Positions 54,419 to 60,477 of a stretch of 60,477 nt of DNA are shown in pieces. The DNA lies in the IMG/VR virus record IMGVR_UViG_3300049830_000172; one strand, given 5' to 3'. Positions within the stretch are counted from its first letter, which is position 1. Every line of letters begins with the position of its first letter. The notes under the pieces are model-generated. The model did not search any database. It was not told where the DNA came from and worked only from the letters and a program-made list of their open reading frames with translations. The DNA is from an uncultured virus (IMG/VR IMGVR_UViG_3300049830_000172). Lineage: Duplodnaviria; Heunggongvirae; Uroviricota; Caudoviricetes. The position numbers were made by a program, and so were the translations under genes.

Positions 54419-54487
54419 TGGAGCCGTCTCAAGGATTCTCACCTTATCTTCCCAGTCTCACTGGTTGTGCTCTTACACTAAGACGAC
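54419..54487 (-). ncRNA. tRNA-like RNA lacking a 7-nt anticodon loop
   Basis: GTCGTCT/AGACGGC-T-CCA; CCAGT-GAG-ACTGG; T-arm AAGG-TGAGAAT-CCTT. Confidence 0.65.
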
Positions 54488-54493
54488 AAATTT

Positions 54494-54575
54494 TGGAGCG
54501 GATGACGAGACTCGAACTCGCAATACTTTCGTACCTCGTTGGCAACGAGGCTCCATACCATTAGGATACATCCGC
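54494..54575 (-). tRNA. tRNA-Gly(GCC) with long variable arm
   Basis: GCGGATG/CATCCGC-T-CCA; CCTCG-TTGCCAA-CGAGG; V-arm TAC-GAAA-GTA. Confidence 0.92.
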
Positions 54576-54635
54576 AAATAATCGTTAACATGGGAGAGAA
54601 GGTGCTAAAGCTTCTCTCCCGTAACGCGCATACAA

Positions 54636-54669
54636 TATTAAGTTTTCAAAGTGCAATGCCAAAAGTGGC
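54636..54669 (-). promoter_or_regulatory. rrn-like boxB-boxA antitermination signal
   Basis: GCCA-CTTT-TGGC hairpin followed by TGCACTTTGAAAACTTAATA. Confidence 0.6.
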
Positions 54670-54682
54670 GAGGGATAAATTC

Positions 54683-54715
54683 AAAAAGGCTCGGGGAGTT
54701 TCCTCCGCCGAGCCC
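54683..54715 (-). terminator. Attenuator terminator (3:4)
   Basis: GGCTCGG-c-GGAG-GAAA-CTCC-CCGAGCC-TTTTT. Confidence 0.88.
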
Positions 54716-54740
54716 GTAAATCTTGTCTTCTTATGACAGG

Positions 54741-54860
54741 TTAGGGTGTGAGCGGAGTTCCTCCGGTGGTATCACTATCCGAGCCTGTCCCTGAAACGAC
54801 AACAAGCGCGGGAGTGAATCCCGTGGATGTTGATATTGTTGAGTTGTTCCAGTTTAACAT
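54741..54860 (-). CDS. 39-aa Thr/Ser/Gly/Asp-rich attenuator leader peptide
   Basis: MLNWNNSTISTSTGFTPALVVVSGTGSDSDTTGGTPLTP*; lies between the sigma70 promoter and the terminator. Confidence 0.8.
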   Translation of the reverse strand: MLNWNNSTISTSTGFTPALVVVSGTGSDSDTTGGTPLTP

Positions 54861-54877
54861 TGTATGTCTCTTCCTTT

Positions 54878-54912
54878 ATTATAGGATATATGCCTAGTGT
54901 TTGTCAACACTA
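54878..54912 (-). promoter_or_regulatory. Sigma70 promoter with a palindromic operator over the -35
   Basis: TTGACA-N18-TATAAT; TAGTGTT-GACA-AACACTA inverted repeat at 54895-54912. Confidence 0.8.
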
Positions 54913-56255
54913 TTTTGAGGATTTTTCGAATTTCTTATTATCCGAGTCCATGTGCAGTAGTATTTCTTCCATGAATGCCTTGCGATATTCCGCGTTTGCT
55001 AATAAGTTCTTAGCGATTCTTTTCTCTGTGTAAGTTTGTGGGTCGTGGTTCAGAGTGCCAGTCATGGTTTTAAACGCATGATTGAACGTCCATTCATTCA
55101 ACGCAAGATGGTCACATAAATGATTTCGAGTGCAATCAACTTCTTTCTTTAGAATGTTTGACCAGACTGTAAAAACTTCTTCTTCTAACTCATTTATATA
55201 AGAGCCCCTCACCGTGCCATAGTTATGTGAACCGCTGAACTGAACTTTATCGCCAACTTGCCACGCGGTTCGCCATTTAAGTCTTGGAACCAAAATAGCC
55301 CAGCCATTATCGCAAACCACTAAACCTTTCTTGGCTAACGAACGCCCACAACTGTGTGGAATTGTGTTCTCGTATAGATTATTTTTGTTAGACAACTTCG
55401 ATGCTTGCATAGGTGAGTCTTTCAATATCAAAAGCGCTTTATTTTCTGCTTGTGTTAAAAACATTAGTTTGGCTCCGCGTGAAGAATTAAAGTCTTTTCA
55501 CTGACGAGGGTGATAAATACAGCTTCTTGCTTATAGTGAATGAGAGTCATTGCGCCAATCTCTCGAATCTGTTCCTCGCTGCAAGCAATTCGCACGGGAA
55601 TCATGAGTTCTTTGTGAGTCTTCTCATTCACTGGGGACATCCAAACACCCTTGACAAGCTTCATGATTGTCATTCCACCAGAGATAGCCATGACTTTGGC
55701 ATCCCATTCTTGGTGATAAGGGACTTGGACATTCTTGCGTCCCATCTTATATGGAACCAAGATTTCCCAGAGCTGTTTGATTTCTGTCATTTAACCCGTA
55801 TTAAATCCTCGGTGGTGTATTGACTGCCGCGAACATGTGCAAAGAAATATTTTTCAGCAGCGTCCATTGCGCCTTCAAGAGATTCGGTTTGAAGAACGCC
55901 TTTGTTTTGTTCCCAATGACCGTTGACTAGCACATTCGATGTAAAATGGTTCTTTTCTCCGTCTGAACTCACAAGTACAATCATCTTGTTGCGGTCATCT
56001 ATCTTGCACACCCAACATTTTGCGAATGTGCCTTCTTCGTTGTCATACTGCCATCGAGCTGTGTTTTGATACTTGACTTTTCTTAGCTTCATAATTTTCC
56101 TAGTATGGTAACTTCATCTTACGCTTCTCGAATTCTTCGATGATTTGTTCAGCTTCCCAGTAAGCTGGAGTATTTCCTGAAGCAAAACTTCCACCAGCTC
56201 CACCGCTGATAAGCCGTTCTCTCATATATTCGATTTGGTTTTCAGTGTATTCCAT
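54910..56255 (-). other. Hypothetical CDSs
   Basis: 54910-55464, 55464-55790, 55787-56092, ~56100-56255 (51 aa). Confidence 0.72.
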
Positions 56256-56294
56256 GTTTAATTCTCAATGATGCCTATGTTAACCATTCTATTT

Positions 56295-56551
56295 ACGAGG
56301 TAGTAGTTCTACCACACCAGAGACAAACCCTTTCGGGTAGATGATTCACTCGGTATGAGTGATGACTTCGGCCCAGCTCAGCACTTAAGCATGAAAGCAT
56401 TACCCGTATACATCTATTACTGCCTCACAGGATTCTAACCCGTTTCTTGCATCGACTTTGTTGCACCGTCCAAGGGAGTTGATTTTAAAGTCTCTCCTTA
56501 TCCTTGATTTGCGGTGGTTGACTTATTCCCACCCTTCACTCTACGGTACAT
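56295..56551 (-). ncRNA. Candidate structured ncRNA or 5' leader
   Basis: Promoter motif at 56552-56587, only a 17-codon ORF, multiple stems including a T-loop-like hairpin. Confidence 0.45.
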
Positions 56552-56585
56552 CTATATACTGCGCTGATTTCAGTGTTTGAGGAAT

Positions 56586-58397
56586 TTATGAAAAGTCCAG
56601 GACAATATAGTTCACCATAAACACTCCGACACCAGCTTGTCTGTCAACTGTACTTATCTTATGTCGATAGATATTCCAACCAGCTTTCATATATTGGCGC
56701 ATGACTTTGACAATTGTTGGTTCTGAGAAAGCATTGTTAACAAATCGTACACTAACAACGTATCCGGGTGTAGAGAGTAACGCAGCATCTTTTAACAAAA
56801 GTCCCTCGATGAAGAGACAGAGCTTCCTTTCCTCTAATTGAAGATGAGCTTGTTTACGAGACGTGCGAATCACAAACTCAGTTTACCCGATTTTGCTTAT
56901 ACTCCATCATGAGTTGTCGAACTCCATCCTTGAATGGTGCATAAGCATGAACTCTGGGCCCAAGCGGAAGCCTCGCATCATCCCAGAGTATGAATAATGG
57001 AAGATGGTCGTAGGTTCCATCTTCTTCTTCAATCCATTTGGCGAGGTTGTCAGCATTACAAGCGACAGAATTCATAACAATGAAAATCGCATCATGTAAA
57101 CCATCAGGGGCTAGGGTGATGTTTTGTTGCATCACTGTGAACCATGTTTCCAACCACCCTTCTGTGCAATTTCTTGCGTGAATCTCTAAAAGACGAAAAG
57201 CGTGTTTAATCATAAGTTCATACACGCTTTTCATCTTACGTTGAGGAAATTCTTAGCCGTTAAGAATGCTGTTCAGAACTTCCTTCGCATGCTTTACACG
57301 CGCACCGTGAATAGCGAACGTAATCACCATTTTATTCTTATGAAGGGTAGAATCCTTAGTGCATAGCTTACACTCTGAACAATTTTTCTTAGTGCCGACT
57401 TGCTGAGGGCAAGGAACTAAAGTAAAGTCACCGTGCTTAGTAGCTTTTCCAGATTCGTGACTGTCCACTACCATAGCCGAAGCAAAACCGTCTTTATGAG
57501 CTTGCTCCACTTGAGTCATTGTTTCACATGAGCGAAGAACACTAATGTCACCCCAATTTTCGCGCTTAGTTTCGTGACCATGAGTGTAGGTGAACACTGG
57601 CATACCTTTTTTATCAGTATGTTCTTTGGCCGCTTGAGCTAATACTTTAACACCCTCGTCAATATAGCAATCGCCTACAACATGTAATCGAAGCATACGA
57701 CGCCCTGATAACTTACGAATAGCGTCAGCTTCTAACTGAGCTATTTCTAAAGGGCTCGTGACAGGTGAAAGATTCAACCGCGAGGTAACAAGATTTGCGC
57801 GACCATTCTCCGCATAGCAACCATGACCACGTAGTGGACATGAGAGCGGACATGAATTTTGACTCGCTGCTGTAAGAGAAATCTTGCCAAGTTTGACGTT
57901 ATCTGAAATCTCTACTGCTGTAACTGGGGATGTTTGCATGCTTATATACACCCCCGTTCACAACGCTTGAGGAAAATTATTCAGCTCTTATCTGGGAACA
58001 TTGATTCGATAGTGTCGCGTAAGCCATCAGTGATATGACCGTAAACGTCTTCTTCAATCTCGCGCCATGGGTGAAGGTCTAATCCGAGTTCCTCGATGAG
58101 TGCTTCAGTTATCTCTGGGACTTCCTTCAGCTCTTCGCCATCAGCTTGAGTATACCCTCGCGCACTAAACCAGTGTACGCCGAGTTCTTGCATCACAATC
58201 TTCAGGTCATCTGTCGATGTAGTGATACACCAAAAGCCGAATTTCTGTTCAAGAATGCTGATGAGAGCATAAGCACTTGCCCTCGTGTCGATGGAATCTG
58301 CGATTTTGCTGATTCGCTTATATTCGACTTCTGCTGCTTTGTGTGCTTTTTCGTAGGGAGTTTCGTTGATTTCTGGAGTGGTGGGATGTTCTGCCAT
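56586..58397 (-). other. Hypothetical CDSs
   Basis: 56586-56873, 56878-57234, 57981-58397. Confidence 0.7.
57253..57939 (-). CDS. Cys-rich phage protein (gp88-like, possible Fe-S)
   Basis: SCPLSCP..GCYA, LRLHVVGD, FTYTH, CPQQ..CSECKLC. Confidence 0.55.
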   Translation of the reverse strand: MQTSPVTAVEISDNVKLGKISLTAASQNSCPLSCPLRGHGCYAENGRANLVTSRLNLSPVTSPLEIAQLEADAIRKLSGRRMLRLHVVGDCYIDEGVKVLAQAAKEHTDKKGMPVFTYTHGHETKRENWGDISVLRSCETMTQVEQAHKDGFASAMVVDSHESGKATKHGDFTLVPCPQQVGTKKNCSECKLCTKDSTLHKNKMVITFAIHGARVKHAKEVLNSILNG

Positions 58398-58578
58398 ATT
58401 TTACTACAGCTTCTCATCCCATCTTTGAGGAATTAGGACATAACATCCCCGAGATATCCCTCTCCTCATCTCCGCAACAATCTGACTTACGCCAGTATCT
58501 TCATATGCATATGCCATCAGCGCTTGAGGAAAAGTATCAGCGCTGGAGCAAAAATCCCGCACCTTATTTTCCCAAGTC

Positions 58579-59187
58579 TTATTCTGACTTGAAATCAGCT
58601 TGTTGTGCAACGGCAGCAAGTGCCGCACGAGCACGGAACAAACGAACTTTGACAGTATTAATGTTCGTTTTCGTTTGTAGAGCGATGTCATCGTAACTCA
58701 TAGGAATTGAAATTGTTTCATCCAGAGGATTAGAATTTCCATAAGTATTCATAGAGAGAGCAGATGAGTACGTCGGAGATATGTTGGATATCATCCCTCT
58801 GACTTGTCGAGAATTCATCGCCTGCACTTCCTTCAATAAAAATTCAGATTCAATATCAACCTTAGGGTCTGCGAATTCTACTTCGCTGCCGCCATATAAC
58901 CACTCAAGCTCATCGAATGAAGTTGTCTTCGGACGGCGGGCATCAAAGCGCTTCTTATCGAGGAATAAATTCTGCATGATTCTTTTTGCCCACGCACAGA
59001 ATTTATTCTCATCTTGACACTTATCGAGATTCATATAAATTTTAATTGATGTCTCTTGGAATAAATCATCAGCACTATCTTGATTTCGTGTCAGTCGATA
59101 TGCATGCACGCGCAGATTTTTGGTATGAATCCGCATCAAGCGTTCATATGAAGAATCATTAAGCTCGAATTTCTCTGTTGATGTCAT
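58579..59187 (-). CDS. ECF (RpoE-like) sigma factor
   Basis: AYRLTRNQDSADDLFQET, FCAWAKRIMQNLFLD (region 2); MSYDDIA...INTVKVRLFRAR (region 4). Confidence 0.92.
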   Translation of the reverse strand: MTSTEKFELNDSSYERLMRIHTKNLRVHAYRLTRNQDSADDLFQETSIKIYMNLDKCQDENKFCAWAKRIMQNLFLDKKRFDARRPKTTSFDELEWLYGGSEVEFADPKVDIESEFLLKEVQAMNSRQVRGMISNISPTYSSALSMNTYGNSNPLDETISIPMSYDDIALQTKTNINTVKVRLFRARAALAAVAQQADFKSE

Positions 59188-59196
59188 TGGGTTCCT

Positions 59197-59802
59197 TTAA
59201 GCGCCAGCGATGAGACGCTCGAAAATTTGATTACTAATTGTATCGACGTTAAATTCATCACTTTCCCCGCACCAATCTAATAATTTTTCATAACTAGTAT
59301 CTGAAGGAAATGAAGAATACATCACTGCGCAGTTATTGAGCTTAACAATTGCACGGCTGCCATCATATGTTCCGAAAGATTTATCCACCTCGATGCCCAA
59401 CGGTAACATCCAAATATTGTGTTCGGGACGATTGGCTTGATTTAAAGTTGGGTCAACAAGCCAAGTGACATCTCCTCTTTTAACGAGCAGCACAAGATGA
59501 CCTTTCCACCCAGCGCCTGGAGCTTCTTCCATTCCAACTGCAATCGAGTGCCCGCGATGATGGTCGAGCAAAGCATTTAACCTTTTCTTCGAAGGGCTCT
59601 TTCCGGGTTTGAATTCCTTCGTTACATATGGATTGAAAATTAACACCTGTACAGATAAAGGTGTTACGTGCTCAGGGCCAAATTGTTCAAGGGCGGCTTT
59701 GAGAGCACGAGCTGTAAAGACGCTGCCAAGAATTTCTTGCTTGGCACAAGTGTCACGAGCTACAACAGCAGCATCAGCTAAAGAGAATTCAATTGCTTGC
59801 AT
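59197..59802 (-). CDS. Hypothetical protein
   Basis: 201-aa ORF, translationally coupled to the HD gene; GHLV...LVDPT motif. Confidence 0.75.
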   Translation of the reverse strand: MQAIEFSLADAAVVARDTCAKQEILGSVFTARALKAALEQFGPEHVTPLSVQVLIFNPYVTKEFKPGKSPSKKRLNALLDHHRGHSIAVGMEEAPGAGWKGHLVLLVKRGDVTWLVDPTLNQANRPEHNIWMLPLGIEVDKSFGTYDGSRAIVKLNNCAVMYSSFPSDTSYEKLLDWCGESDEFNVDTISNQIFERLIAGA

Positions 59803-60476
59803 TAATTCATTCCGTTATCCATGAGAAATCCCCATTTACATTCTTGTACAGTATACTCTTTAATGAGATATAACTGCTTCATAACTTCTGGGTTTTGCAT
59901 ATTCTTCAAAATGTTATATGCTTCTAGCAATTCTGGAAGTAACGGATTGGGATTATCACGAAGAGCGAAATTGAGACACTCATACTTGTGCCCAATATAC
60001 CACAGAGCAGAAGCAGCACCGATTTCTGGAGTTCGCTGTCTATCAGTATAAACAGTGGCTCTAAAATTATTCCACCAATCCATGTCATTCGCTCGAAATC
60101 CTCGAATGTGGTCGCGAGTGTTATGAAGAGTATCTGCTGCGAGCACGCAACAACTATCGGATTTCATTCCGCTTTGAATATGCTGGAGGTGTGCAACTTT
60201 TCTATCCACCCAAGGTTCTTTTTGAGTGTAGTCTGATGGAATAGTATCTGAACAATCGCGCACGATTCGCTCAACACGTCCATTAAAACAACCTCGAATT
60301 TCAAGAAGAATTTTTTCGCCGCCTTTATCTTCGGCTAAATCATGGAACAAAGCCCCAATTGCATTATCTTCATCTCCGCCAGCTCCAATCACCAAATCAC
60401 AAACACCCATGGGGTGATGAATCGCGGGAACTCCAGATGACTTTCGAACATCATCTCGATAGAGTTCACACAGCCA
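59802..60476 (-). CDS. HD-domain protein, RelA/SpoT-hydrolase (Mesh1/SAH)-like; 5' end outside the window
   Basis: Frame open to the window end; RKSSGVPAIHHP, ALFHDLAED, IVRDCSD, LAADTLHN. Confidence 0.8.
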   Translation of the reverse strand, partial: WLCELYRDDVRKSSGVPAIHHPMGVCDLVIGAGGDEDNAIGALFHDLAEDKGGEKILLEIRGCFNGRVERIVRDCSDTIPSDYTQKEPWVDRKVAHLQHIQSGMKSDSCCVLAADTLHNTRDHIRGFRANDMDWWNNFRATVYTDRQRTPEIGAASALWYIGHKYECLNFALRDNPNPLLPELLEAYNILKNMQNPEVMKQLYLIKEYTVQECKWGFLMDNGMN

Positions 60477-60477
60477 A

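Larger units (their letters stand above)
203..58560. promoter_or_regulatory. Dispersed phage promoter family TTCCTCA-N18-GTAWW-N5-ATG (leaderless), ~100 copies
   Basis: tgagga(a/t) on + at e.g. 231, 538, 1037, 2123, 2449, 2720, 3245, 3992, 12872, 33140, 56578, each ~29 bp from a minus-strand start codon. The same motif in + orientation precedes the + genes at 4379, 5429 and 10669. Confidence 0.88.

Noticed and set aside
53136..54736. ORFs 53136-53333, 53251-53508, 54108-54350, 54331-54564, 54539-54736 (also 44514-44804 and 46764-47110)
   Set aside because: They overlap tRNA genes or the attenuator and are spurious.
203..58560. TGAGGAATT repeats as a CRISPR array or integron attC sites
   Set aside because: The conserved core is only 7-10 bp, the intervening sequences are whole genes, there is no attC-like palindrome and no cas or integrase gene; the fixed distance to ATG fits a promoter.
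1..60477. Stop-codon reassignment
   Set aside because: Conserved genes are full length in the standard code, TAA/TAG/TGA all end genes at promoter boundaries, and no suppressor tRNA was seen (Ser anticodon UGA reads UCA).

Overview
This window is most consistent with a 60-kb accessory/early-gene segment of a large (jumbo-type) bacteriophage; no virion or core replication genes are present, so this is inferred from gene architecture. It is densely packed with small ORFs, mostly on the minus strand. Most have their own ~40-bp promoter-like motif (TTCCTCA-N18-GTAWW-N5-ATG, about 100 copies by manual count) ending directly at the ATG, which implies leaderless mRNAs. Recognisable proteins: ArdC, DUF932, Fic, two ECF-like sigma factors, LuxR-HTH, vWA, NadD, a prepilin-like protein, a GHKL ATPase with HExxH, a WGR-DNA ligase, a WGR-PARP, an HhH glycosylase, DUF262, four HNH endonucleases and an HD (ppGpp-hydrolase-like) protein. 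A tRNA array at 44.5-54.6 kb has 17 tRNAs limited to Thr/Ser/Gly/Asp/Ile/CAU, many structurally non-canonical, plus 2 tRNA-like RNAs. The best candidate for a new system is at the head of that array: a sigma70 promoter with an operator, a 39-aa leader peptide with a cognate codon for every anticodon in the array, a 1:2/2:3/3:4 attenuator and an rrn-type boxB-boxA. This looks like a tRNA-depletion sensor that switches on backup tRNAs. Also notable: a 29-bp repeat (7 copies in the first 11 kb) and a stand-alone tRNA-like RNA with a 57-nt insert in place of the anticodon loop. All calls are from reading the sequence; no searches were run.
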